64,000 nt of DNA, taken from the NCBI GenBank assembly GCA_965261735.1, contig OZ253470.1:320001-384000 (forward strand), in the 5' to 3' direction. This DNA comes from Alphaproteobacteria bacterium. GTDB taxonomy: Bacteria > Pseudomonadota > Alphaproteobacteria > SHVV01. Shown piece after piece: positions 40,115 through 51,636 of this stretch (its first letter is position 1; each line of letters begins with the position of its first letter). The notes under the pieces are model-generated. The model was not told where the DNA came from. It made no database searches and worked only from the letters and a program-made list of their open reading frames with translations. The translations under genes and the position numbers were made by a program.

Positions 40115-40816
40115 ATGACCAAAAAGGCGCAGGATAGTCACCCCGATACCAATGATCCCAATGCTCAATGGCGCACCGCGCGAACAGTGAATACCCCGAC
40201 AGCGAGATTGTATTCTGAATGGACACTTCTGGTTCACGATCTCGAATACACTTTGAGCAGGGCACGCTTATGGAAGGAAATGGCTACGGCTGATCCACTT
40301 AGTGACCCTGCCGCCGAAGTAACCGTTAGTCTTTTCAGGGATGCAGTAATCTCGTTTGTTTCGTGCTTCGACAAACAACTATTCGTTTATCTCAATCCTG
40401 CCGTAGCACTTGGGACGCTAGATGGTGGCTTGGAGTATTTCGGCTGGTTACGAGACATGCGGAATACATGGGTGGCGCATAGAAGCGGGCCACACCGTCT
40501 TTGCGTCACCGCAATACTCATTGACGAAAAATCGGGGGACATTCAAGGTTTGGGTCACTTGTCACACTTGTACCTTGGTCCTAAGCCAGAAGCAGCAGAT
40601 GACCTAATTCGTGTCATGGAGACAGCGTTGAACTATTCACGGCAAAAACAACGAGAGCATGAACTTCTTCTGCGCCACGACTTGGACAAGTTGGGTAAAC
40701 AAGAGCGACTGAACTTGCCTCGTGCAAACACCACGATTCCCGGGCCCACAGACATTCGAATGGGTCGAAAGAAGTTCGCCAACATCAAGCGTGGCCTGCC
40801 CCCGCGAAAGGGGTGA
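40115..40816 (+). CDS. Hypothetical protein, HEPN-like
   Basis: Helical protein with RNTWVAH motif. Confidence 0.6.
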   Translation: MTKKAQDSHPDTNDPNAQWRTARTVNTPTARLYSEWTLLVHDLEYTLSRARLWKEMATADPLSDPAAEVTVSLFRDAVISFVSCFDKQLFVYLNPAVALGTLDGGLEYFGWLRDMRNTWVAHRSGPHRLCVTAILIDEKSGDIQGLGHLSHLYLGPKPEAADDLIRVMETALNYSRQKQREHELLLRHDLDKLGKQERLNLPRANTTIPGPTDIRMGRKKFANIKRGLPPRKG

Positions 40817-40997
40817 GCGGCAATCCCGCGGCAGGCCCAGGAAGGAGCGCCCGGCCGACTCGACTTCTGCGTTCGCCGTGGTCATCGACAGGAAATTGAC
40901 GGTTACGCAGGACGGCAAGTCCCGCGAGTGCACTCCTAAGTTATCATCCAGGCATGATCGCAATCACGGAATACATCGACCCTAACGCTCGCAGCCG

Positions 40998-41490
40998 CTA
41001 CGCCTCCTGAAAGTCACCGCTTGAGATGCCGCGCAGATAGAGCACCGGCAGAACCGCATCCAGCGACCGGGTGCGCCGTGCGAACGGCGGCAGGATGGCC
41101 GACGTGAAGCGGATGCGTGCGCTCGGGTCGACCGCGCCGCGATCGAGAAGCTTGGCCCGGCGCACCGGGACCGGACCGATCCCGGTCAGGATCTCGCGCT
41201 CCGGACCGTGACCATGCCGCACCAGGCGCCGCCGTCCATCTTCGGTACGAAGATGATCATGCGCGCTCAGCATGTCTGCGACTTCCGCCTCAACCGCCTG
41301 GGCCAAAAGCTGACGAGCGCCCGCGCGCAATAAATCCGTCAGCGGATCTGCAACATTCCCTGCCTGACGCAAGGCAACAACTGTATCGTCCAACATGGCG
41401 TATCACTCCTTTCCTGGAGATGTCGTGGGTTCATCACCACCACGATACGCCACCCCTTTCTCAAGCTGTCACCCACTTCCGGCCATAGCT
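40998..41490 (-). mobile_element. IS256-family 5' fragment
   Basis: DPLTDLLRAGARQLLAQAVEAEV...LYLRGISSGDFQEA. Confidence 0.8.
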
Positions 41491-41597
41491 CATGGCGTCC
41501 CAGCCTGTTGTTAGGCGCCGGCGTTTGACCCCCCAGACCCTCGGAACGTCAATGAGTTAGCATGCCTATCGGCGTTGAACATCCACGCCGAACAACA

Positions 41598-43490
41598 CTA
41601 TGGCACTGTTAGTTCAGGAGACCCCAGATACTCTTGCGCAAATTCGCGGTGCGCCTCTTGAATTGCGTTTACGAGATCGCGCTCAAAATTCTCTCGGTTC
41701 AAAGTTTCTTCAAGTTGCAAAAGCGCTGCATCAACCGCGACACCCACAGTCAAGGCCCCCAAAACTCCGCCGACCGTTGCACCAATAGCGGTTCCAACAA
41801 AGGGGACAATTGAGCCGATGGCGGCGCCGATAGGCGCACCACCAGTTGCGCCCGCTGAAACCTTTAGCCCCAGAGAGACCAATGGTTTCATCAACGCCTT
41901 GGCGGCAAGTTTAAAAACAGATTTAGTGGCGACTTTTGTAGTGATTTTCTTCAGGATGATTTTCTTGAAAGTGGAGGCCGCAATCACACCCGAAGCGACG
42001 GAGCTGGCGCCGGCGGCGCCCCCGGCTACTCCCGATCGATCCTCCAGTCGTATGATGTCCTTAGGAAACGTCCGCTCCAGAATATCGTCTAGTGAGACTG
42101 TAAGTGCGACCTGGGCATCGGCGGGCATCAAATCCAGTCCATTTCGGGAAAGAATGTCTCCGGCCACCTGCCTCAATTCTGTGTGCGCCTCCTCGGTGAC
42201 GGCAAGGGTTCTGCTCAGCTCTTCGTTGAAGTCCTGATACCACTTCGGCTGTTGAAACGTCTCGCTATGGCGTTCGACCATGTATCTTTCAAGATCACCA
42301 ACAAGCATCTTGGCGAGGCGTAAATATTCGGCGGGAAGACTGTAATACCAGTCAAGGTATTCATTTACAGCCTCAGTTTCGAGCCGGGTGAACATGCTGT
42401 CCGCCTCGTTGCGTAAGTATTGAAGGGTGGCCTCGAGTAAATCCGTTTTGGGGCGGGCCGCTGCGACAATCTGATCGCGTGTCCCTTCGCGGTAGACATT
42501 GCCGTCGATAACCTCAACTGTAGTTCGCTCAAACGAACCGCGAATGCTGGACAATCCCGATGACGACACTAATCCTTCCAGTTGTGCAAGTCCGGGAAGA
42601 TAGATAAAGCCAATGGCGAGCGTCGACAGCGCCGCCAACTGAAAAATCGCCTCCCCTGTACGTGGAATCATACGAGCCTGTGCAAAGCCAGCCCTTGAAA
42701 TCAGAAAACAGGACCACCCAAGACAAACGTTGTAATAGATGGCGAAATTAACGATCACCAAAATCAAAAGTGTTATTAGCGCATCGATTCGCCCAACACG
42801 ACCAAGTGCATACGCCTTGAGGCCATCGAAATAGGCAGCCCATGACAGTCCCTCTTTCACCAATTCGCTTCCGGACCAGTCGTCCGCTTGGTTCTTGTAC
42901 TCGCTGATAGCCGCCTGGATTGACTCGAACTCCGGCCACTCGCCCAAAGTCGCGGTTACAAGGACATACAGCAATACCATGACCACAGCGCACAACCCAC
43001 GAGACCATGCCAATGCCATACTTTGAGCAATATCCTCACGGAATTCCTCCAAAATGAATTCACGAATCAGGGCAAAAGTGATCGGGAATACGAAGATCCC
43101 TACCAACAAAACTACCCATTCGACCGCTGTATAGACATGAATTTGTAAGAACAGCAAAAACGACATCACCAGGGAGAAAATCAGCCACCAAGACATTCTT
43201 AGAAAACGGCGCGACAAGAGGCTGTATAACCATCCCTTGTGTGCAAGTGGAGCCAGTTTGTATTTCATTCGTATCGTGCTGGAATAAGTCGTGGTCGTGA
43301 AAATAGGTAGACTAAACAACAGCATGCTGACGCTAACCGCCCCGATCTCCATGGACTGCGCACGCGAGATTACGTATGCACTCAGCAACCAGAGTGGAGC
43401 GAATAGCAAAAACTTAACGTGTTCCCCATACAACGTCTGAAGCGCTTCAGAAAAACGCCGTGGCGAAATCTTCTTTAGAGTCAGGAGCAT
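41598..43490 (-). CDS. Polytopic membrane protein with C-terminal glycine-zipper region
   Basis: Multiple TM segments; YLDWYYSL; GATGGAPIGAAIGSIVPFVGTAIG. Confidence 0.75.
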   Translation of the reverse strand: MLLTLKKISPRRFSEALQTLYGEHVKFLLFAPLWLLSAYVISRAQSMEIGAVSVSMLLFSLPIFTTTTYSSTIRMKYKLAPLAHKGWLYSLLSRRFLRMSWWLIFSLVMSFLLFLQIHVYTAVEWVVLLVGIFVFPITFALIREFILEEFREDIAQSMALAWSRGLCAVVMVLLYVLVTATLGEWPEFESIQAAISEYKNQADDWSGSELVKEGLSWAAYFDGLKAYALGRVGRIDALITLLILVIVNFAIYYNVCLGWSCFLISRAGFAQARMIPRTGEAIFQLAALSTLAIGFIYLPGLAQLEGLVSSSGLSSIRGSFERTTVEVIDGNVYREGTRDQIVAAARPKTDLLEATLQYLRNEADSMFTRLETEAVNEYLDWYYSLPAEYLRLAKMLVGDLERYMVERHSETFQQPKWYQDFNEELSRTLAVTEEAHTELRQVAGDILSRNGLDLMPADAQVALTVSLDDILERTFPKDIIRLEDRSGVAGGAAGASSVASGVIAASTFKKIILKKITTKVATKSVFKLAAKALMKPLVSLGLKVSAGATGGAPIGAAIGSIVPFVGTAIGATVGGVLGALTVGVAVDAALLQLEETLNRENFERDLVNAIQEAHREFAQEYLGSPELTVP

Positions 43491-43839
43491 TACAACCGAT
43501 AGCTTACGAAAGGACCTGGATGTACCCAGTCAGCACTAGTTGTACAAGATCGTTGAACTGAGCAGGAGAGTGTTTTTGGCTCATCGTAGCGACGTAAGGA
43601 GCGAAGAGGAGACGAAATCACTGTTGACCGGCGTGGAATATTGAGAGTTATGGCCGATTTTGGGTGACGACCGATCAAGCGGCGGCGTTGTGGTTGATCT
43701 CGATCAACTCGATGCCATCGCGGAATTTGACTCCCTCGATGAGCTTGGGCAACTGATTTTTACCCTTCAGCACCCGCCAGCTTCGGGCCGCGGCGGTTAT
43801 CAGCATAAAGACCATACCCACGGCGGTGGCATGCGAGAG

Positions 43840-44645
43840 GGCGTTGTCACGTTAACCACCGTGTAACCAGCTTGTGGGCGCCGACGCCGGAGATTATGCA
43901 ACGGTCGTCACTTGCCGCCACTGTCTCATCGCGTCGCCGCGGAATTGGCGGAGTGTTCGGCGGGAGACCAGATGGCGTTGGACGTTGAAGAGGTTGTAGA
44001 CGGTCGCATGGACGGCGAGGAACCGCTGCGCGGACGCGGGCGATTTGAACCGCTGCATCTTTCGAACTCGTCGTCGCACCGGCTGATGTGAATTTTCTGC
44101 CCGATTGTTCTTTCGCAGGCCTTGCTCATGCTGAGCCGAGAGGGCAAGCAAACGGATCGCGGTGCCGTAGGAGCGGAGTTTATCGGTTACAATCGTCGCC
44201 GGCGCGAAGCCCTGCTTCTTCAAGAGTTTCCGCATCAGCCGAATTGCCGCCCGAGCGTTCCTGCGGGATTGAACCAGGAAATCCAGGACTTCGCCCTCAC
44301 TGTCCACGGCACGCCAGAGATAGAACTGCCTCCCTCGAATTACGACGACCATCTCGTCCAGGTGCCAGCGTTCGGTCGGTCGTGGCCGCCGACGTTGAAT
44401 CCGCCGCGCATAGGCCCGACCGAATTTCAAGACCCATCTTCGAACTGTCTCATACGAGATGTCGAGACCACGCTCGGCAAGCAGGTCATCAACGTCCCGA
44501 TAGCTCAGCGTGAAACGGCAATAGAGCCAGACGGCATGCTGGATGATGACCGGTGGAAAGCGGTGACGACGGTAGGATATCTTGCACATCCAGAGACGCT
44601 AAAGCACCGGCCGTGCCGAAGCCACGCTGTTAACGTGACAATGCC
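43840..44645 (-). mobile_element. IS6-family element, transposase 43894-44589
   Basis: IRs GGCGTTGTCACGTTAAC / GTTAACGTGACAATGCC; YRRHRFPP, WHLDE, VTDK, NNRAENSH. Confidence 0.93.
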
Positions 44646-44796
44646 GGCGAAAGCGTTCATTCGCTGGCGCAACAAGCACAAGAGCGAAAGCTGAACATTT
44701 TACTTTCATTTTTGGACCGAATCTCCCTAAAAGGATGGCAGGCACCGAGGCAACGGTGCCTGCCCATCAACGCTCATCTCGAAAGGAACCCGAGCG

Positions 44797-44991
44797 ATGA
44801 CAAAACGCGATACCTTCAAATACCAGCAGAAAATTGGCAACAAGATTGTGCATGGTGGAATCACGAACGACCTTGAGCGTCGCGAGGTTGAACACCAGCA
44901 GAAATGGCCCAAGAGCCACATCACGCAAGTTGGCCGCCGTACAACGGAAGAGGCTGCCCGCAACTGGGAAAAGAAAAAGGGCTACACCTAA
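44797..44991 (+). CDS. Small GIY-YIG-like protein
   Basis: 64 aa; YQ..IGNKIVHGGITNDLERREVEH resembles a minimal GIY-YIG core. Confidence 0.6.
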   Translation: MTKRDTFKYQQKIGNKIVHGGITNDLERREVEHQQKWPKSHITQVGRRTTEEAARNWEKKKGYT

Positions 44992-45620
44992 TCGGGGTGG
45001 TCCTGTCGGTGCAATTCACCTGAATCATCCACTGGGCCACACTCGAAGCGCCAACCCATCAATCGCCCGCAGCACCAGCGCCAGAGATGGGCCGGCGCTG
45101 CCAAAAATTCATAGACGCGAAGCTTAAAGCTCATTTTGGCTTCTTGCGCTTGGACGTTGCACTTTTGCTTCGCGCCCGTTTGGGTCGCGGCTGTGGTGGC
45201 GTTTTCAGCAGCCTGAGCAGAAACTTGTCCCTGCCCTTCTCTGTGACTTGATCAGCCTTCGACATTCGAAAAATCCACCGCTAATACATGGTCGGGCAAT
45301 AGATAAGTACATCCCTCTTCAATCAATTCGATAAATTGCCGCGCATCGGAAAAATAGTTCTTAAATGCCTCGCGTATCGAGGATCGGATCCGTCTTACGC
45401 TCGACCGACCATGTAGAATTCCCAAGTGACTCATCGGCCTTTGCCTGAGGCATGCACAGAAATACAGCCATTAGGCATAAAGCCGCGTGCGAGCAGCGTG
45501 ATTGAAAGCTCATCGTCCTTCGTCCCGGGTCAAGATCACCTTTTTCCCCCGGGTAAAGAACATCATGATGCCAAGGGCCATAGAAACACGTGAGGCTCAA
45601 AACTTCTCGTCGGTGCAGTG

Positions 45621-47318
45621 TCATCGGAGCCGATGCCAATCGGCGATGTTCCAGATCTCGCTGTCCCAGGTATTCAGCAGGACACCGCCCAGCGAGTGCG
45701 CATGGGCCGACACGCGACCGCGATGAACCAGCGGGATCAACACGTGGTCCTGAACCAGCATGTCGTTCATTTCCTTGGCGAGGCGAGCCCTTTCACCGAG
45801 ATCGCCAGTCTTCGCCATTTCCCCAAGGAGCCGGTCGTACTCCTCGCTACAGTAGCGTGGCACGTTCGCCCCCCGCCACTGCGAAGCCGGCCGGGGTTCG
45901 TTGCCGCAACGCCAGCCGCCGAGATACGGTTCCGGGTCTGCGCCTTCGAAATTGGTCGCATACATTTCGATATCGGCGAAGAACTTCTCGTATGTGTCCG
46001 GACTGCCCGGGTCACCGCCGAAAAACACCGAGGCGTCGATATCGCGGAGTTCCACTTCAACTCCGATCTCGGACCACCATTGCTTGATCAGAGCCTGGAA
46101 ATCCTGTCGAACCGCGTTGGTTGAGGTCTGGTACAGAATCGAAAGTCGTATGCCGTCCTCCTGCCGTATCCCGTCCGGCCCCGGCCGCCAGCCGGCTTCG
46201 TCGAGCAAACGCTTTGCGCCTTCGATGTCCTGCACCAGACAATCCTCGTTCGCGGCCGACGCGTAGACCTCTGGCGCCGGAACGACATTGCAGGTCGGGC
46301 GTGCGGCCTGGCCGTAGCCGACCTCAACGAGAAGCTCACGGTCGATAGCCATCGACAGGGCCTTGCGAACGGCGCGATCGGACAGAAACGGGTGCGGATG
46401 GGCGCGGGTGGAGCGTGCGTTGCCGAGCTCCGGAGCCGGATCGGTCAGGTTTACCAAGAGCCGCTCGACCAGAGTTCCGAAACTTGAAACCACCACCCCC
46501 TTTCCCGCAGCCTGCATACTCTGCAGCACATCTGGAGCGAGTTGCAGGTTCCAGGCATAGTCGAATTCGCCGGTCTCGAGAACGGCGCGCGCCGCCGCCG
46601 CGGCATCGCCCCCGCCCTTGAACGCAACGGTCGCGAAAGCCGGCTTTGCCGGATCGCGATAGTGGGGGTTGGCGTCCAAGGAGATGAAATCGTTCGGCCG
46701 GAACTCTGTCACGCGAAACGGGCCGGTGCCGATCGGGATAAAATTGGCTTCGGTACATTCCGGAGCCCGGGCGCCGGTGCAATCCGCGAATTGCGCCTTC
46801 TGCAGGATCGGCGATGTGGCACCGACGAAGGGGCCGTAGGGATAGGGTTTGGAGACGCCGAAGGTGACCTCCACGGTCAGGTCGTCGATCGCTTTGACCT
46901 CGGTCACCTCGTCAAACTTCGCCAGTTGCGAACAGCCGCCGGCGGTATCGCGGCAGTAGTCGGCGGTAAACACGACATCGGCGGCCGTCACCGGGCTTCC
47001 GTCCGACCACAGGAGGCCATCACGCAGCTTCCATGTAATGGTCTTCAAGTTAGCAGACACACCGCCATTCCCCACCGTTGGCACAGACGCGGCCAACCAG
47101 GGAGTAAGGGTTCCCGACTCGTCGAACCGGGCAAGCGGTTCCAGGACCATCGACGCGGCCTCGCGATCCTTCGTACCGCCCGACAAATACGGATTGAGGA
47201 TCGACGGGGCCTGCCAGTAAATGATGCTGACATGGCCGTCACTTCCCCGCTCGGCCGCCGCAGCGCCGGATACGAGTAGGGCGGCGGCCATCATGATCGC
47301 CAACGATGTCAGTCTCAT
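45621..47318 (-). CDS. Peptide/nickel ABC transporter substrate-binding protein (family 5)
   Basis: Signal peptide from MRLTSL; WSDGSPVTAADVVFT, PIGTGPF, AKRLLDEAGW. Confidence 0.92.
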   Translation of the reverse strand: MRLTSLAIMMAAALLVSGAAAAERGSDGHVSIIYWQAPSILNPYLSGGTKDREAASMVLEPLARFDESGTLTPWLAASVPTVGNGGVSANLKTITWKLRDGLLWSDGSPVTAADVVFTADYCRDTAGGCSQLAKFDEVTEVKAIDDLTVEVTFGVSKPYPYGPFVGATSPILQKAQFADCTGARAPECTEANFIPIGTGPFRVTEFRPNDFISLDANPHYRDPAKPAFATVAFKGGGDAAAAARAVLETGEFDYAWNLQLAPDVLQSMQAAGKGVVVSSFGTLVERLLVNLTDPAPELGNARSTRAHPHPFLSDRAVRKALSMAIDRELLVEVGYGQAARPTCNVVPAPEVYASAANEDCLVQDIEGAKRLLDEAGWRPGPDGIRQEDGIRLSILYQTSTNAVRQDFQALIKQWWSEIGVEVELRDIDASVFFGGDPGSPDTYEKFFADIEMYATNFEGADPEPYLGGWRCGNEPRPASQWRGANVPRYCSEEYDRLLGEMAKTGDLGERARLAKEMNDMLVQDHVLIPLVHRGRVSAHAHSLGGVLLNTWDSEIWNIADWHRLR

Positions 47319-47556
47319 GCTGTCTCCTCCTGTTATGAGCAATTCAGAAAAACGCGCCGAGGAACGGATCGGAGCAACTCGATCTGTTCGCCCGGGCGGA
47401 AAGCGGCGGCCCGGGGGACACGCCGGCGTGGCGCACGCTGCCGGGCCGGACATGCCGGAAGGCGACCGAGCTGATGGTCCGGCTGATGCTGGACCACGCG
47501 CAGGATCCCCGGGAACCGGGAACGGAGGCGGCCGATCATAACGGAGGCGGCCGATC

Positions 47557-47655
47557 ATGATGTCTGACAAGATCGGGCCGCAGCATCTGCGTCGCAAGGC
47601 GATGCTCTATGTCCGGCAATCCTCGCCTCATCAGGTGAAGCACAACCGCGAGAGT
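47557..47655 (+). pseudogene. Serine recombinase N-terminal fragment
   Basis: MMSDKIGPQHLRRKAMLYVRQSSPHQVKHNRES (YVRQS catalytic motif), cut by an IS. Confidence 0.65.
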
Positions 47656-47659
47656 GGCG

Positions 47660-48128
47660 CGCTTGATGGGCGTGTTTCTTAACGGAGGCTCTGGCTCATC
47701 CAGGTTGATGTTAAGCCGCTTGGTTGTGATGGGCCAAGCGGCGTTTTTTGATGGTCAGGTTTTTGATCTTTCTCCTTCTCTCGATGATGGCGTGGTCCCG
47801 GCCGAAGTAGACGTCGGCGGGGGTGAGGTTGGCGAGGCTTTCGTGGTAGCGGCGGTGGTTGTAGTGCTCGACGAAGGTGCCGACGCTGGCCTTGAAATCG
47901 CCCGGCAGATAGTAGTTCTCCAGCAGGACACGGTTCTTCAGGGTCTGATGCCAACGCTCGATCTTGCCTTGGGTTTGGGGATGGTTCGGTGCGCCGCGGA
48001 CGTGATCCATACCCTGATCCTCAAGCCAGGCTGCAAGATCGCCGGCGATGTAGGACGAGCCGTTGTCGCTGAGGAGCCGGGGTTTGTGAACAACCTCCGC
48101 GCTGCTGCAACCTGACGCTTCGAGGGTG
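47660..48128 (-). mobile_element. IS3/IS481-type transposase 3' fragment
   Basis: LLSDNGSSY...HPQTQGKIERWH...YNHRRYHESL. Confidence 0.75.
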
Positions 48129-48429
48129 TCAATGACACGTAAAGATGTCCGGATTAGGTAGCACATTAAATGTCCGCTGCTGTTGTTGGGCCTGTGGGGA
48201 AGTGAGAAGGCGCGGAGCGGCTTTCCACTTATCCACAGGCTTGGTCGCCGAGCGGATTTAGGCGGCCCGTAAGCTTGACTTGTCGGTTTCGAGGTTGCCC
48301 TGCTGATCGTAGCGTCCGAGGCATCTGGGGCCGTGGAAGACAGCGAGCGTGCCGTCGGGATATTCATGGACGCGGACGCTGGCCTTGACGAAGTGCCGGC
48401 GGTGGGACTGTTCGGGGATCTGCAGGAGC

Positions 48430-48790
48430 AGCCTTCATGCCTTCGTTGCCGGGACCTCGGCGCCGGGCGCGCGGGTAATCACCGATGGCTGGAGCGGGTA
48501 TCCTGGCCTGCCCGACCACGACCACCAGCCCAAGGTCGTCGGTGCAACGCCCGCCCATCTCGTGCTGATCTGGATCCATCGTGTGTTCTCGAACCTGAAG
48601 CGCTGGGCGCTCGGAACCTTCCATGGCCTGCGCCGCGCCCATCTGTGCCGCTATCTCGACGAGTTCGTGTTCCGCTGGAACCGCCGCCGCCACACCGCAA
48701 CGGCCTTCGACACCCTGCTCGGCATCGGCACGCGCCTCCGACCCGCGGCGCTAGTGGCCGCGGCAGCCGAGCGGGGGTGGCGGTTCCCGA
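48430..48790 (+). mobile_element. IS1595-family transposase 3' fragment
   Basis: TDGWSGY...HRVFSNLKRW..GTFHG...YLDEFVFRWNRR. Confidence 0.75.
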
Positions 48791-48817
48791 CCTTGGACCC
48801 TTCTACAGGCATTGTCA

Positions 48818-49560
48818 TGTATGGACGCCCCCGGTGTTGCAAGGGGAAAACTGATTTGAATCGGCGGTAGAGCTTGCAGTCATGTATCCGGCCTTTTCGC
48901 TGCGGTACGCTGACCGCTGGCCCTGATGGAATCCGAAAGATCGACGCCCAGTCAGACTAACGAGCTTGATGCTCGGACAATGCCTCGGGTTTGGCCGATC
49001 TCGGGTGGAACCCTGTTTCGCCATCAAATCGTCGTCACCCTCGCAATTTGATCCCGGTTTGCCAGCTGGCTATGCCGGCGTCGGTCGGTAGATACGCTCG
49101 TACCTGAGCAGTGCCCAGGCGACACGGGCTGTCTTATTGGCCATGGCGACCAGCACCACGTTTGTCGGCCGCCGCGCCAGGAGCCGGTCGGTCCAGCCAG
49201 GCCCCGTGCCCGGCTTGGCGCGGCGCCAGCGCAGCACGGTTCGCGCACCGTGCACGAGCAAGCGCCTGATATAGCCATCCCCGCGCTTCGATATCCGTCC
49301 CAGTCTATCCTTGCCGCCACTCGAGTGCTGCCGGGGCACCAGACCGAGCCAGGCCGAAAGCTGTCGGCCCGAGCGGAACTGTGCGCCATCGCCGATCGTC
49401 GCGACCAGCGCCGTCGCGGTGATGACACCGACGCCGGGGATCGTCGCAAGACGGCGGCTCGCCTCGTTGGAGCGGTGCCATGCCAAAAGCGTCACTTCCA
49501 GCTGCTTGATCCGGGCCTGAGCAGAGCGGAGCTGCTCAACCAGAGAGCCAAGCGCACGTG
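48818..49560 (-). mobile_element. IS110-family 3' fragment
   Basis: TIPGVGVITA, AWLGLVPRQHSSGG, ISKRGD, ANKTARVAW. Confidence 0.8.
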
Positions 49561-49669
49561 GCCAACGCCGACCGTCAGCAGCAAGCGGCTTGCCAATCCG
49601 GAACGATTTTGGCACGCTTTCCCGCGTGGATCGGTTCCAACATGGGGAATCCCAGATAAATAGAAGGGA

Positions 49670-50165
49670 CAGGTCCGGGCACTTCCTGGTCAGACTGGTC
49701 GACTATCTCGCCGACGGAGTGATTGCGGCCATGGCCGAGGCGGAAGCGTTGGTAGAGGGCTATGTCTCGCCGCTCGTGAGCCTGATACAGGCCATCCGCG
49801 ACAGGATCGTGGCGAACGCCGAGGAGCGCGCTTGGGTCATTGACCGGGACCGACTCGACGACCGCCACATCGTCCGGCGCATGGTCCTCAAGCGCTGCGT
49901 CTACGGTGTCGACAAGAACCCCATGGAGGTGGAGCTGGTCAAGGTCGCGTTGTGGCTGCGCACCTTCACGGTCGGCGCGCCGCTCAGCTTCCTGGATCAC
50001 CATCTTCGCTGCGGCGATAGCCTGTTTCGGCGCATGGGCACGGGACGGGGTCGACAAGGCGACCGAGTATGGCAGCCCGTTGCTTCTGCACGGCTCTGTC
50101 ACCCAGGCGGGACTTGCCGCGCGGGAAATGCAGACTATCGAGGAGTTGACCGACGCCGAGATCGC
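49670..50165 (+). pseudogene. Eco57I-like/type IIG R-M methyltransferase fragment, interrupted by IS256
   Basis: SGHFLV...[15 protein letters not shown]...[12 protein letters not shown]; continues briefly after 51568. Confidence 0.75.
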
Positions 50166-51560
50166 GGCTGTGTCTCGAAAGTGGTGGAAATTTGAGGATG
50201 GCGTAATCTCCGGGTGACAAGACAACCACCCAATCGGCGGCTAGCACCGCCAAGGAGATCACGCCATGAAGAACACTACCGAGACTTCCGCGCTTTCGCT
50301 ACTGGCCAATGACGCCGGCTATGATCCGATCGAGGACCGGCTGCGGGAGAACATCAGATCCACGATCGAGGCCGTTTTTGAGGAGGAACTTGCGCAGTTT
50401 CTCGGGCGCTGCCGATACGGTCGAGAGGACGCGCTTCGGCAAGGGTATCGGAACGGGCACCGGGAGCGGCAACTGACGGGGACATTCGGGACCGAGAGGG
50501 TGAGCGTGCCGCGTGCGCGGATCGTTGAGGAAGACGGTCGGGCGTCGGAATGGCGTTCGCGGGCGCTGCCGCGCTACCAGCGGCTGACCAGAAAGGCCGA
50601 GGCGCTGATCGCTTCGGTGTATCTGTCCGGAACCAACACGCGGCGGGTGAAACGCGCGCTGTTCGGGCTCTTCCGGGGTGCTGTGAGCAAGGACGTTGTG
50701 AGCCGGGCGTGGCGCAAGGTGAAGGTCGATTGGGACGCCTGGTGCAGCCGTGGCCTCGCGGATGAGGATATCGTTCGGCTGATCCTTGACGGCACTGTGA
50801 TCAAGATCCGACTGGACCGCAAGGCCACCAACATCTCGGTTCTCGCGGCTATAGGGGTGCGCCGGGATGGCCAGAAGGTCTTGCTTTCGATCGGGAATAT
50901 GGGCGGAGAAAGCCAGGCGGCGTGGCGCCAGTTCCTCGACGACCTTGATGCGCGTGGACTGAAACGGCCCGGGTTTGTCATCGTCGATGGCGCGCCGGGA
51001 CTGGAGGCGGCTCTGTCGGCGCTTTGGGGCGATGACCTTCCCGTTCAACGCTGCACCGTGCACAAGCACCGCAACCTTCTGGGTCATGCTCCCAAACACA
51101 TGCATGACGAGCTGAGCGAAGATTACCGCGATATGATCTATGCTGACACTGCCTCCGAGGTGGAAACCCGCCGCAAGGCGTTTGTCCGCAAGTGGCGGCT
51201 GAAATGCAGGGCCGTCGCGGACAGCCTCGCAGAAGCGGGCGACAAGCTCTTTACCTTCAACGCGCCTGTCCAAGAGCCAATGGAAATCAGCCCGAACGAC
51301 CAACGCCATTGAGCGTCTCAACGAGGAGTTCAAGCGCCGGATCAAAACACAGACCGTGCTGCCGTGTCCCGAAACAGTGCCGATGCTCCTCTGGGCGCTC
51401 CTCGCTTCCGGCCAAATCCAGATGCGCAAAGTCGATGGATGGGAAACCCTCGATCAGCTAATCGCCGACGAAACCCTTGACCGCGCGGCCTGACCGCCGC
51501 AAAACTCAACCCGCTCGGAGAGGCGCCAAAACCAATTTCCACCACTTTCGAGACACAACC
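50166..51560 (+). mobile_element. IS256-family element; transposase 50266-51493 frameshifted near 51260
   Basis: IRs GGCTGTGTCTCGAAAGTGGTGGAAATT / AATTTCCACCACTTTCGAGACACAACC; 8-bp TSD GAGATCGC. Confidence 0.92.
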
Positions 51561-51636
51561 GAGATCGCCGAGGCGCACCGCTCCGCCGAGACCCTCTGAG
51601 ACAGGTCTGCGCTGGCCGGCCCGCCGCCGTCCGCGT

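Noticed and set aside
41506-41598. Small element with imperfect IR TGTTGTTAGGCG / CGCCGAACAACA
   Set aside because: Single copy in the window and no TSD seen; cannot be supported as a MITE
47521-47558. 19-bp tandem duplication AACGGAGGCGGCCGATCAT
   Set aside because: A simple local duplication of the RBS region of a dead recombinase gene
48229-48237. DnaA box TTATCCACA
   Set aside because: A single copy inside an IS-associated hairpin, with no origin context
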